Shown: piece after piece, positions 17,175 to 27,172 of the stretch
How the letters are laid out: the number at the start of each line of letters is the position of its first letter
Position numbering within the stretch: position 1 is the first letter of the stretch
From: a virus
Lineage: Duplodnaviria > Caudoviricetes
DNA length: 62,872 nt
Reading direction: 5' to 3' (one strand)
Virus record (IMG/VR): IMGVR_UViG_3300008107_007316
Location: 1 to 62,872 of that record
Translations under genes and position numbers: made by a program
The notes under the pieces: model-generated
Databases searched by the model: none
Told to the model about the DNA's origin: nothing
Seen by the model: only the letters and a program-made list of their open reading frames with translations

Positions 17175-20100
17175 TTATACAAAATAAGTTGGGTCAATTA
17201 TTACACCAGGGTTTGTACCTATTTTTTGATATATTACTGCTCCAGTTGTTACAAGTCGAATTTCAAAACTATTTGGATTATTAATGTCTGTCATATAAAC
17301 TCTGTAAGGTGTAAAGTCATATTCCCACCATTGAGATTCATTACCATTATTTGGGTCTATATTGTTATTAAAGGTCATCCATGGGAAATCACAAGTGGTT
17401 GCCGATAAACTTGGAATTATAGTTAATGGGGAACCAGAATATGGTAACGTTCTAGTTGAATAATAAGGTATATATAAAGACGCAGATCCAAATGGACCAT
17501 TTGGTGTTGTTGGGGTAGTTGCAAACATATATGATCTTGAATGGAAAGGATAATCATATCTTAATCCATTATTTGACACATCGTTAACGTTTGGTGCTGC
17601 AACCGAACCATTTATTGTATTAACATAATAATCCGCCATACCGTAACAACCATTACATGAGCTATTAGGATATTGATTTGTTATTGTTGCCATATTAATA
17701 GTCATTGTATACGCCCCAACACCTCCACCTATGGTTACAACTGAAGATGGGTGTATTGGGTAATTCACGACGGTATATTGGTTATCACCACAACTACTAC
17801 TAATCGATAATGGTTTTAAATGTCTTAATTCAATATATTGATAGTAATTTATGTTACTAGGTGTCGGAGGAGTTGGTACCCACCCTACAATAATATTATT
17901 TAAAGTGTAAATATATGAATTATAATAAGTGTCTCTATCAATAATTGACGAACAAGTTATTGTTATTATAGACCCTGTTTTATTAAGTGTAATTGTGTTA
18001 TTAGGTGTTGTTTGGCAAGAAGTCGTCCACGCATTACCTCCACCATAACAAGTACCATTAAACGATAGTCCTATATTCCATGGATAATGACCCGCTAAAT
18101 TATAATAAGTTGATCTTGTAAAACTACCATTGGAGTTTGGCCATATGAATGTTGGTAAATTTGGATTAATCACAGAATGCATATATTTGAATATGTCTTC
18201 ATTTGTATATGTTGGGCATCCAATAATATTGGCCTGTATCTGTAATTCATTACAAGCATTAACAGATGAAGATAACGTTGATGCCGAAATTTTAAAAGGT
18301 GTGTAATTTTCCAAACAAGAAACACAATCAAAATTTTCAAGACAAGTAAAATATAAATCCCAACTTGTGTTATTTGTTGACGTATTTGGTATAACCTCTA
18401 AAATTAAATAATCACCACTATTGATAATAAAGTTTGTTAAATTAATTGGTTTTGCATAATATGTTGTATTATAAGAACTTGGTATTCTTTTAGGTACTGT
18501 TGTATCTCTAAAATCATTTCCGTTTGGAACGTTAACACCCGTCTCTAAATATTCAACAACAATAGGTGAGTTATAGTTTGATCCATCCGCATTAACAAAT
18601 GTTATTTTTAATGTGTCAAATATTGCCTCACCTTTCATTGCAAACGCAAAATAAGGTTGGGTTGGGTCTAAAGCAAATGTTGTTGACAATGTTCCAGGTG
18701 TTACTATAGATCCCGGTGCCGTTGTATAAGTTTTTCTACATTTATAATGTCCAACTTCAGTACAGTTTTGACAACTAAATGACTCAACATTAATATCAAG
18801 ATTAGTAAAGCAATTTAAATTTGCTGCGGTTGTCCCACTTAACCCTGTTGATGTGTAAGTTGTTCCAGCAATTACAATCGCTTGTAAAATAGGCGTGTAT
18901 TGACCGGCTGGCAATGGAGGTGATGATGGTCCTGTTAATGGATGGGTAACTGTATATGTTGTATATCCAGCAATTGGAGGCCCGAACCCTGAAACTAATT
19001 GAATAACCGAATTTGAATCGTACCAATAAATAACATAAGACGTAATAGATCCACATCCACCTGTTATACTACCAACAACTAATTGACCAACTGTGTTTGA
19101 ACTAAATGTATCAAATCCTAAACCACAAGGAGGTCCACATAAATTTTCACCAAATACTTGAGATGCTGTTGGGGTTGGTGTGTTTGTTGGTGTTACGGTA
19201 GGGGTTAATGTGTTTGTTGGTGTTACGGTAGGGGTTATTGTATTGGTTGGAGTTGGAGTTGGGGTTGTGTCAATAACATTATATTCAAAATCATTCACAT
19301 CGCAAACAACAGGATTACAATCGGGACAATCAGGATCAAACATACTAAATCTATCTTTTAAGATTTTAAAATTATGTTTTATCTCAGGTGCGGTTAGAGG
19401 GTCCACGTACATTCTAAATTGTGAAATTCCTCCCTCAAATGTCCCACCAAAATTTTGTTCTAATAGTATATTTGTTTTCATTCCTGCAAATGTTGTTCCG
19501 CTTAGAACATTAACAGGGAATGATTCGGGATCTTGAATATAATCTGTATAAGGTAAAGTACAAGAAGAGAAAATTAAATTTTCGTGTAGTCCTTGTGTAC
19601 CTCCACCCCAAGAAATATTAAATGGAACACCAATCTGCCTTTCTTTATCTGTGTCTAATGGTCTTGGAATAATTTCTTCAAAATTCTCAATAGTAAAGAA
19701 CGGTTTTCCATTTACGTAGATTTTTAATCTACCCATTCTAAATTCTAAATCATTTAACCATTTTTGGTTAAGTTTAACTAATTCTATTGTTTCAGGATCA
19801 ATACTACAATTTTCGTGAGTGTATGGAGGTTTTATTAATTTAGTGGTATCATTTACTAACGAATCTAAATATTTAATTTCGGTGATATCACCTAAACCAC
19901 CCCTCCATTGTAAATCACAAGTATCTAACCAAGTATACCTTCTCCATACAACATCTACCATCAACCATTTTTCTAAATCAAAAAATGTATCGCATTTTGT
20001 TAAACAATAATCATAAATTCCGTTTGGAGAGCAATACGTATCAAATGTATAACCTGTCATCTGAGTTACTCCTGTTGTTGAACAACTTCCTGTTGTTACA

Positions 20101-21482
20101 CAATCTCCCGTAAATCTTAAAACTTTAACACATATTTTTGGATTTCTTGGATCTCCTGAAAATTTAACAGAAAACGCATTAGAAAGTGAATCCCATAATG
20201 GGTCTTTTTCACACGTATCTTCTATTGAAGTATATCCTGTGGTTGCACAAGTAATACAATCAATACATTCATCACACGTATCACAATCAGGACATTCATG
20301 TTCACATACCGGTGTGGTTTCACAATACACAGGTGAAGGTGTTGGAGTTGGAGTTGGTGTGGGGGTTGGTTCACAAGGTTTACATAATAATGGTACAATT
20401 GGCATTGGTGTTGGGGTAACTCCCGTTATTAATGCACATGGGTGAGTTTTACATTCCCATCCACAAGTACCACAAGGTTCTTCTCCACAATCACAACCAC
20501 AATAACGTTTTTGTTCTTTACAAACATCACAACCATAATTTAGATGGTAATCGTGAATTCCATCAACCGACCTTGGTGGGTACACAAAAATACATCTACT
20601 ATTTGTTACACCTGTATTACAACAAGCACAAGTCACTAAACAATCCGCCAATCCCGAAGTTACTCTTGTGTAACCTGTAAAGCATTTTGGGTGTCCATCT
20701 GCGTGATGATAAAATTTATTTTCGGCTCTTGTCCCTAAATAAAAGAATGTATTTTTATTATCAGGATAAATTTCATTTAATGTTGTATCTCCCGAACCAG
20801 GAATTCTATCATTAACAATTCTTGGTTTTAATAACATTTCTACCGACCAACCTTTGTTGGTTCTTTCTGGTAAAGCCTCGTAATCATATCCAAATAATTT
20901 ATAAAATCCTTGATAAAACCCACCATATAACTTATGGTATTTACCAACGTTAGGTTCCACAGCACTTTCAATTTCATATAAAGTATTTTTTGGAATCCCT
21001 GAAAATCTATTATATTGTGAAGTATATCCCGTAACTTGGAACATCTTCATTCTTCTATCAAAATATGTTCTTTGGAATTTTTCGGTTTGATTAAATAATC
21101 CATTTGTAAATGTGATTGTTTGACCCACCAATGATGTGACTAAACCATTATCCATTCCGACTAATCCTATATCACAAGCACTCTGAGCACTAAAACAAGT
21201 CAAATCCAAATTATCGGGGTTATAATAATTTTCTGATACAACTAAATTTCTATAATCATATTGACCATATGTTAGTGTTAAATTTTGTGTGGTATTTGAA
21301 CTATTAAGGTCATAATAAACAGGTAATCTATTTCCGTATGTTTGGGCAATAAGATATGGTGAGAACACAACCTCTTGGTTGTAATCCACCTCATCAGACG
21401 ATAAGGACATATCTGAAGTATCTAAAGCGAAACTTATTTTTAGTTTCGGATACACATATTGATTAATGTTCTGTTGTGCCAT
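17175..21482 (-). CDS. Large virion protein, split LamG/concanavalin-like core with Cys-rich and Pro-Thr insertions
   Basis: GWSVEMLLKP, GRLKIYVNGK, ISWGGGTQGL and FEGGISQFRMYVDPLTAPEIKHNF resemble LamG-type motifs. Likely start is the ATG at 21482, downstream of the TATTTAT box. Confidence 0.7.
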   Translation of the reverse strand: MAQQNINQYVYPKLKISFALDTSDMSLSSDEVDYNQEVVFSPYLIAQTYGNRLPVYYDLNSSNTTQNLTLTYGQYDYRNLVVSENYYNPDNLDLTCFSAQSACDIGLVGMDNGLVTSLVGQTITFTNGLFNQTEKFQRTYFDRRMKMFQVTGYTSQYNRFSGIPKNTLYEIESAVEPNVGKYHKLYGGFYQGFYKLFGYDYEALPERTNKGWSVEMLLKPRIVNDRIPGSGDTTLNEIYPDNKNTFFYLGTRAENKFYHHADGHPKCFTGYTRVTSGLADCLVTCACCNTGVTNSRCIFVYPPRSVDGIHDYHLNYGCDVCKEQKRYCGCDCGEEPCGTCGWECKTHPCALITGVTPTPMPIVPLLCKPCEPTPTPTPTPTPSPVYCETTPVCEHECPDCDTCDECIDCITCATTGYTSIEDTCEKDPLWDSLSNAFSVKFSGDPRNPKICVKVLRFTGDCVTTGSCSTTGVTQMTGYTFDTYCSPNGIYDYCLTKCDTFFDLEKWLMVDVVWRRYTWLDTCDLQWRGGLGDITEIKYLDSLVNDTTKLIKPPYTHENCSIDPETIELVKLNQKWLNDLEFRMGRLKIYVNGKPFFTIENFEEIIPRPLDTDKERQIGVPFNISWGGGTQGLHENLIFSSCTLPYTDYIQDPESFPVNVLSGTTFAGMKTNILLEQNFGGTFEGGISQFRMYVDPLTAPEIKHNFKILKDRFSMFDPDCPDCNPVVCDVNDFEYNVIDTTPTPTPTNTITPTVTPTNTLTPTVTPTNTPTPTASQVFGENLCGPPCGLGFDTFSSNTVGQLVVGSITGGCGSITSYVIYWYDSNSVIQLVSGFGPPIAGYTTYTVTHPLTGPSSPPLPAGQYTPILQAIVIAGTTYTSTGLSGTTAANLNCFTNLDINVESFSCQNCTEVGHYKCRKTYTTAPGSIVTPGTLSTTFALDPTQPYFAFAMKGEAIFDTLKITFVNADGSNYNSPIVVEYLETGVNVPNGNDFRDTTVPKRIPSSYNTTYYAKPINLTNFIINSGDYLILEVIPNTSTNNTSWDLYFTCLENFDCVSCLENYTPFKISASTLSSSVNACNELQIQANIIGCPTYTNEDIFKYMHSVINPNLPTFIWPNSNGSFTRSTYYNLAGHYPWNIGLSFNGTCYGGGNAWTTSCQTTPNNTITLNKTGSIITITCSSIIDRDTYYNSYIYTLNNIIVGWVPTPPTPSNINYYQYIELRHLKPLSISSSCGDNQYTVVNYPIHPSSVVTIGGGVGAYTMTINMATITNQYPNSSCNGCYGMADYYVNTINGSVAAPNVNDVSNNGLRYDYPFHSRSYMFATTPTTPNGPFGSASLYIPYYSTRTLPYSGSPLTIIPSLSATTCDFPWMTFNNNIDPNNGNESQWWEYDFTPYRVYMTDINNPNSFEIRLVTTGAVIYQKIGTNPGVIIDPTYFV

Positions 21483-21492
21483 CTTTTTTTTA

Positions 21493-21518
21493 ATAAATAC
21501 CACTAACGAAGTATTTAT
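21493..21518. promoter_or_regulatory. Back-to-back divergent TATTTAT putative late promoters
   Basis: ATAAATA at 21493-21499 serves the minus-strand gene and TATTTAT at 21512-21518 serves the plus-strand gene. Confidence 0.7.
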
Positions 21519-21532
21519 TGTAAAAAATACTT

Positions 21533-22492
21533 ATGATGAGTAAAATAACTGACGAACTTAAAAAATATAAGAATGCCGCAACTAGCGAGGCAAAAGAAAC
21601 TAGATTGTTGGTAAAAATATTAATGTCGGCTGCAAAAGATTATAAAAAAGACAAGAAGTTTAAATTAGATGATGAGGACATACAATTTATTAAAGATCAA
21701 TCACAAGATCTTTTAAAATTAATTCCATTAATTGTTATTCAAATTTTACCCGGATCTACAATTGCAACTCCATTTATTGTTGAATTAAGTAAAAAATTAG
21801 GGATTAAACTGAATAGTAAAATACCTGAAAAACATAAAGAAAAAAAATCGGGAGGTGAGATTGATGAATTAGTGAATTCTGATGGGTCTATGATTGGTAA
21901 ATCAACTCCAATGTTAGATTTAGGTATGCACCCAAGAAAAACAATGGACCAAACGGTTATTGCCACAAGACAAACAAATAATCCTGCGGTAAGAGGTTAT
22001 AGAGTTTATTGGGGAGAATCTGAAGAAAAAGATGATGAAAAAATGTTAGATGAATATAATTTGAAGCCTACGTTTGCTTATGATGAAACAGAAGATGTTT
22101 CAACATATGACGAAGCGGATGAAGTATTAATTGATTTAGGAATAGAAGATGATTGTGAAAGACACGAAAGATTGGAAGTTTTAGGATTTGACCCCAATTT
22201 AGACAATCAATTAAAACAGGAAAAGAAAAGAGGAGAATGTAAAAAATGTTTTACTAAAAGAAGATTATCGGAATTAGAAAAACAAAAAATGAACAAAATG
22301 ATTGATGAAATTTTGATTGGTAAAAAAAATAATAATAATGATTTTGTAACAAAAACAAAAGAAGATGAGGATGAAGATAAATCTCCAATTAGTAAAATAT
22401 TAATGAGAAACATTGAATCTATAAAAAGAATTGCGGAAAAAGAAGGTATATCATTAAATAAACTATTGAAACATTTTAAAGAAAGTGAATAA
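21533..22492 (+). CDS. Hypothetical protein with N-terminal LETM1-like segment
   Basis: DQSQDLLKLIPLIVIQILPGSTIATPFIVELSKKLG resembles the LETM1 hydrophobic hairpin; the rest is highly charged. Confidence 0.55.
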   Translation: MMSKITDELKKYKNAATSEAKETRLLVKILMSAAKDYKKDKKFKLDDEDIQFIKDQSQDLLKLIPLIVIQILPGSTIATPFIVELSKKLGIKLNSKIPEKHKEKKSGGEIDELVNSDGSMIGKSTPMLDLGMHPRKTMDQTVIATRQTNNPAVRGYRVYWGESEEKDDEKMLDEYNLKPTFAYDETEDVSTYDEADEVLIDLGIEDDCERHERLEVLGFDPNLDNQLKQEKKRGECKKCFTKRRLSELEKQKMNKMIDEILIGKKNNNNDFVTKTKEDEDEDKSPISKILMRNIESIKRIAEKEGISLNKLLKHFKESE

Positions 22493-22952
22493 AGAACTAT
22501 ATGGTAAGGTAATACCATTACCTAAAGAACTATTAGAATACCTACAACAATGTTTTGATCAGGTTCCTAATTCTGATGCTTCAGTAGAAGGACACAAAAG
22601 AAATGAGTTTTTAAGAGATAGAAAACAAGCAACTTTTCAACAGTTAGAAAGAATTGAAAATTGGTTTAACTATTATGACGGGGAAAAAGAATCCGCACCA
22701 TATATTTTAAATGGTGGTGACTATATGAGAAGTTGGGTAACTCAAACAATTGACGGATTAAGAAGAGGTACAACAACACCTGAAATCACAAATGATGTTA
22801 TGCCTGATGATGTTAATGATGATCTTATTGATGACATGGGATGGTTATCAAATATGAACAGAGATGTAAAATCACACAAAGATGTAAATGATGATATAAA
22901 AATCACAGAAGCCTTAAAAAGGATAAACGACATAATGAAAAAAATAATTTAA
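22485..22952 (+). CDS. Hypothetical phage protein
   Basis: 155-aa ORF, GTG start overlapping the upstream stop; C-terminal ITEALKRINDIMK helix. Confidence 0.7.
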   Translation: MNKELYGKVIPLPKELLEYLQQCFDQVPNSDASVEGHKRNEFLRDRKQATFQQLERIENWFNYYDGEKESAPYILNGGDYMRSWVTQTIDGLRRGTTTPEITNDVMPDDVNDDLIDDMGWLSNMNRDVKSHKDVNDDIKITEALKRINDIMKKII

Positions 22953-22953
22953 T

Positions 22954-23241
22954 ATGCCAGTTACAGAACCACTTAATTTTAGTCAACCGGATAATGAGTT
23001 GTCTCAAATTGCCGCACAACAAAGAGGGAAATTATTTCCAAAGAACGATTATAAAGATACGAATAAATACTCAGCAACTAACCCTGACGCAATTTCCGAT
23101 GGTGATGAGTTAGGAAAAGGTACTGGTGTATTTTTAGATACCGTTAATGGAGGATCCTCAGTAGATGTTCTTGAAAGAAAGAACGAAATAAAAATAAATG
23201 AATATCAACCAAATAAGCCTTACACAACTCCTTCGGCATAA
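22954..23241 (+). CDS. Hypothetical phage protein (possible virion component)
   Basis: 95-aa ORF tightly packed in the operon. Confidence 0.7.
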   Translation: MPVTEPLNFSQPDNELSQIAAQQRGKLFPKNDYKDTNKYSATNPDAISDGDELGKGTGVFLDTVNGGSSVDVLERKNEIKINEYQPNKPYTTPSA

Positions 23242-23894
23242 TGAAACTTTACAATACTTTAAAAGATATTATTCTTGAGGTAGTTGCCGTTAATTCAGTT
23301 ACAGACACAATTAAAAAGAAACAAAAAATTGTGATATACTATGATGGCGATGAACCAGGAGGTAAAGGTTTGCGTTTAATTGAACCTGTATGTTTTGGGT
23401 ATAGTAAAGCAGATAACCCTGTTTTAAGGGCTTGGGATTTAGAAGGAGCATCTCACACCGCATATAAAGGGGAACAACCTTTACCAGGGTGGAGATTATT
23501 TAGGTTAGATAAAATATCAACTTATAAACCTTCGGGAGAAAACTTTGACACTCCTCGTCCGGGGTATAACCCAAGAGGGGATAGAAGTATGAACAGAGTT
23601 ATAATTAACGCTGTTTTTGATGAGGGGGTAGAACCAACAATAGAGAGTTCAATAAACGATATTGTAACTACTGTTGTAACCTCAATGATAAATAACATAA
23701 TTGAAAAAGAAGGTGAGGATTATTTGGTAAATGTTGATCTATCTAAAGCGGCAGAATCTTATAGACAAATTTATCAAGAATTAGAAAGAAGATTAAATAG
23801 AACATTAACACCTGAAGATAAAGAAAACTTCAGAAGTCAAATACAAGATTTAATTCGTCAATCACAAGATTTAGTAATAAATAATTTAAAATAA
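23241..23894 (+). CDS. Stand-alone WYL-domain protein
   Basis: IVIYY...RLIEPVCFG...VLRAWD...WRLFRLDKI matches the WYL pattern (RxxxP, YLxA, RxFRxDRI); no HTH is visible. Confidence 0.75.
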   Translation: MKLYNTLKDIILEVVAVNSVTDTIKKKQKIVIYYDGDEPGGKGLRLIEPVCFGYSKADNPVLRAWDLEGASHTAYKGEQPLPGWRLFRLDKISTYKPSGENFDTPRPGYNPRGDRSMNRVIINAVFDEGVEPTIESSINDIVTTVVTSMINNIIEKEGEDYLVNVDLSKAAESYRQIYQELERRLNRTLTPEDKENFRSQIQDLIRQSQDLVINNLK

Positions 23895-23897
23895 AAT

Positions 23898-24494
23898 ATG
23901 GGAGCAGAACAAGATTTAATACAAAAATTAATGATCTCTAAACAAATTATGGACAAACATAATGGTATGAGTAGAAATCAATCTCAAGGTAATGTTTTAT
24001 CTTCACCTATGGTGGAAGAGTTTTCACCGGTACAAGGTACGTATAATATACCATCTGATGTATTATCTGAAACAAGTGCCGTACCAACTAAAATTAATAC
24101 AGAGTTACCAACATCAGATAGAATTCTTAATTCAAGATTACCTGATGAAATTAAAAAATTAATGATGGAACACCCAATACAACAACCTACAATGGGAGTT
24201 TCTACCGGTTCTGTTTTATCTAATGAACTAGTTGAGAAAGCTTCAAGATTAATGAATACAAATGCAAAAGGAGATTTACTACAACAACCAAATAGACCAC
24301 AACAACAAATAAATGAAAGTGTTCCAAATAGTAATAATTTAAAAAATATTATTAGAGAAACAATGGAAGAAGTTTTAAAAGAAAATGGTTTACTTGTTGA
24401 GTCGGAATCAAAAAGTAATGATCTTTTTAAATTTAGAGTTGGTGATCATATCTTTGAGGGTAAGATTGTTAGAGTTAAAAAAGTCGCAAAGTAA
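23898..24494 (+). CDS. Hypothetical phage protein
   Basis: 198-aa ORF with SRLPDEIKKLMMEHPI, NLKNIIRETMEEVLKE and a C-terminal FRVGDHIFEGKI. Confidence 0.75.
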   Translation: MGAEQDLIQKLMISKQIMDKHNGMSRNQSQGNVLSSPMVEEFSPVQGTYNIPSDVLSETSAVPTKINTELPTSDRILNSRLPDEIKKLMMEHPIQQPTMGVSTGSVLSNELVEKASRLMNTNAKGDLLQQPNRPQQQINESVPNSNNLKNIIRETMEEVLKENGLLVESESKSNDLFKFRVGDHIFEGKIVRVKKVAK

Positions 24495-24518
24495 CAGAAT
24501 CTATAATTTAATTTATTT

Positions 24519-24547
24519 CCCCATTCTCTTTGAGTTTGGGGTTTTTT
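24519..24547 (+). terminator. Intrinsic terminator
   Basis: CCCCA-tt-CTC-ttt-GAG-tt-TGGGG followed by TTTTTT. Confidence 0.65.
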
Positions 24548-24557
24548 ATTTTTGGGG

Positions 24558-24588
24558 TTGATATTAATTCATTAAATGATTATATTTC
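24558..24588 (+). promoter_or_regulatory. Host-type promoter for the glycosylation/metabolic operon
   Basis: TTG-N20-TATATTTC, close to the Bacteroidota TTTG-N19-21-TAnnTTTG consensus. Confidence 0.45.
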
Positions 24589-24608
24589 TAATAAATTTAT
24601 ATTTTATT

Positions 24609-25823
24609 ATGACAAAAATTAATGTATTAGTTCTCCCAAGTGACAAATCTGGTGTGGGAAAGTTTAGGTCAGTTGACCCTCACGTAATGTTACAGAATAT
24701 GTATCCTAACGATTTCCATATAGATATTGATTACGAACCAAAAGTTATGGATCAAAACTATTGGAAAAAATATCAGATTGTACACGTACACAGAAACATT
24801 GGTCAAACCTATGAAGAAACACCTAAATTAATTGAGTGGTTAAAATCAAATGGTATTATCGTTATTGTGGACATAGATGATTATTGGTTACCAACAAAAG
24901 AACACCCTATTCACCAATTAATTATCCAAAATAAAATACACCAAAAGATTATGGATAATTTAAAAGTTGCATCTTATGTGACAACAACAACGAAATTATT
25001 TGCCGAAGAAATTAAAAAATATAATAAAAACGTTGAGGTATTCGCAAATGCAATTAACCCTAAAGATCCACAATTTAATGAGCCAACATTACCATCTAAT
25101 AAAATTAGAGTGGGTTGGTTAGGAGGATCATCACACCTTCACGATTTAAAATTAATGAATGGATTTGTTTCAAAATTATCTCCATTACAAGATAAATTAC
25201 AATATTACGTTTGTGGTTTTGATACAAGAGGTACGGTAACTGAAATTAATAAGGAAACGGGACAACAAACTCAAAGAGCAATTAAACCCGAAGAAACGGT
25301 TTGGGCAAGATATGAAGAAATATTTACTGACAATTATAAAATAGTAACTCCTAAGTACAAAGAGTTTTTAAATAAATTCGAAGAGAGTGAATTTTTTGGT
25401 TGGGAAAATGAAAACTATGTTAGAGTGTGGACAAGACCAGTTACCACCTACGCTAAAAATTATTCCAAATTCGATATTTCGTTAGCACCAATTCAAAATC
25501 ATATCTTTAATAGAATGAAATCACAATTAAAAGTTATTGAAGCGGGATTTTACAAAAAAGCATTAATTGCTTCTAACGTGGGACCATATACAATTGATTT
25601 GAAACACGCATTACACCAAGGTCAATTTACTGATGGAAATGCTTTATTAGTTAATGAATCAAATAACCATAGTGATTGGTCAAAAAATATTAAAAAATTA
25701 GTAGAGAATCCAAATATGATTGTTGATTTAGGTGAACGATTATACGAAACAGTTAAAGATAAATACGACCTTAATAACGTAACAAAAGAAAGAGCAGAAT
25801 TTTACAAATCCTTAATAAAATAA
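24609..25823 (+). CDS. Glycosyltransferase (GT-B, GT4-like)
   Basis: SGVGKFRS, DIDDYW, VGWLGGSSHLHDL, DISLAP...FNRMKSQLKVIEAG...ASNVGPY; likely ATG at 24609. Confidence 0.85.
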   Translation: MTKINVLVLPSDKSGVGKFRSVDPHVMLQNMYPNDFHIDIDYEPKVMDQNYWKKYQIVHVHRNIGQTYEETPKLIEWLKSNGIIVIVDIDDYWLPTKEHPIHQLIIQNKIHQKIMDNLKVASYVTTTTKLFAEEIKKYNKNVEVFANAINPKDPQFNEPTLPSNKIRVGWLGGSSHLHDLKLMNGFVSKLSPLQDKLQYYVCGFDTRGTVTEINKETGQQTQRAIKPEETVWARYEEIFTDNYKIVTPKYKEFLNKFEESEFFGWENENYVRVWTRPVTTYAKNYSKFDISLAPIQNHIFNRMKSQLKVIEAGFYKKALIASNVGPYTIDLKHALHQGQFTDGNALLVNESNNHSDWSKNIKKLVENPNMIVDLGERLYETVKDKYDLNNVTKERAEFYKSLIK

Positions 25824-25826
25824 AAA

Positions 25827-26546
25827 ATGATTAACGTCCCAATTACAAAAATTTTATTCCTTGATATTGAAACAGTAGGAATATCAAAAGATTATGATAC
25901 TTGTGTAAAAGAATACCCAAGATTAGGTGAACAATTTGATAAGTATTTCGATTGGTTTTTAAAAAGATTTCCTGAAGATCAATTGATTGGTAAGAATGAA
26001 AATGAACGAAAAAATCTAATCTTCTCAACAAGAACGGCATTAGTTCCTGAATTTGCAAAGATTGTTTGTGTAAGTGTTGCCTTTGTAACAGATAAGAATG
26101 AAGTTAAAAAACAAACATTCTCAAATGATAATGAAGAAAAACTTTTAACTGAACTCCAAATATTGTTAAATCGTTGTGGAAAATTAGATTTTCATTTATG
26201 TGGGCACAACTTAAAGAATTTCGATATTCCAATGATAGCCAAACGTATGATTATTAATGGATTAAAACCATCATCAATACTACCATCATACGATACTAAA
26301 CCTTGGGAAGTTAAAGCCATTGACACTAAAGACGTGTGGCAATATGGTGCTTACACAGCAATTGGTTCTTTAGATTTAATGTGTTCCGCATTAGATATAC
26401 CAACACCAAAAGGTGGTGAAGTAACAGGAGATAAAGTTCACGATTGTTATTGGAATAAAGGTATGTTAAAAGAAATTGGTGAGTACTGTGAACGAGATGT
26501 TGAGGTTCTAATTGATGCTATCATAAAATTAAAACAATTAAAGTAA
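25827..26546 (+). CDS. PolB-like DEDDy 3'-5' exonuclease
   Basis: LFLDIET, GHNLKNFDIP and YCERDV motifs. Confidence 0.85.
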   Translation: MINVPITKILFLDIETVGISKDYDTCVKEYPRLGEQFDKYFDWFLKRFPEDQLIGKNENERKNLIFSTRTALVPEFAKIVCVSVAFVTDKNEVKKQTFSNDNEEKLLTELQILLNRCGKLDFHLCGHNLKNFDIPMIAKRMIINGLKPSSILPSYDTKPWEVKAIDTKDVWQYGAYTAIGSLDLMCSALDIPTPKGGEVTGDKVHDCYWNKGMLKEIGEYCERDVEVLIDAIIKLKQLK

Positions 26547-27172
26547 TGGATAATAATAAATCGGAACATAATATGTCTGTTGACGAATTTGAGGAAATGC
26601 TTAAACGAGTTAGTACTCTTGAATCCGCCTTTGATGAAGATGGGGAAATTGAAATTGATTACGATTCAATTATCGAAGAATTTGGTTTGGATGTTGAGGA
26701 ATTAGAGAGAGCCATGGAATCTATGCAACCCACAATTAAATTACATTATAGTAAATCGAATGTAGATGCAATATCTCCATCTTATGCTTATCCTACGGAT
26801 TCAGGTATGGATTTATTTTCAACCGAAAAAATCATTATTGAACCTTTTGGAAGAGAATTAGTTCCAACAGGAATTCATTTTGATATTCCTGAAAACTATG
26901 AGATACAAATTAGATCAAAAAGTGGATTGGCTCTAAAACAAGGATTGATGGTATTAAATTCTCCCGGAACTATTGATCAAGGATACACGGGAGAAATTAA
27001 AGTTATAATTTTTAACACAACTAATAAAAGTGTAGAAATTACAAAAGGTCAAAAAATTGCTCAAGCCGTTATGACACCGGTTGTTTGTGGTAAATGGATT
27101 GATTTAACAGAAGTTGAAAATGTTACCTCAAAAGATAGAGAGGATAATGGATTTGGAAGTACCGGAATATGA
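26546..27172 (+). CDS. dut: Trimeric dUTPase with acidic N-terminal extension
   Basis: DSGMDL, RSKSGLA, GTIDQGYTGEI, KIAQ and REDNGFGSTG motifs. Confidence 0.95.
   Translation: MDNNKSEHNMSVDEFEEMLKRVSTLESAFDEDGEIEIDYDSIIEEFGLDVEELERAMESMQPTIKLHYSKSNVDAISPSYAYPTDSGMDLFSTEKIIIEPFGRELVPTGIHFDIPENYEIQIRSKSGLALKQGLMVLNSPGTIDQGYTGEIKVIIFNTTNKSVEITKGQKIAQAVMTPVVCGKWIDLTEVENVTSKDREDNGFGSTGI

Noticed and set aside
14773-20680. Short plus-strand Val/Gly-rich ORFs (e.g. 14773, 15496, 16651, 19180, 20239)
   Set aside because: Antisense shadows of Pro-Thr tracts in the real minus-strand genes.
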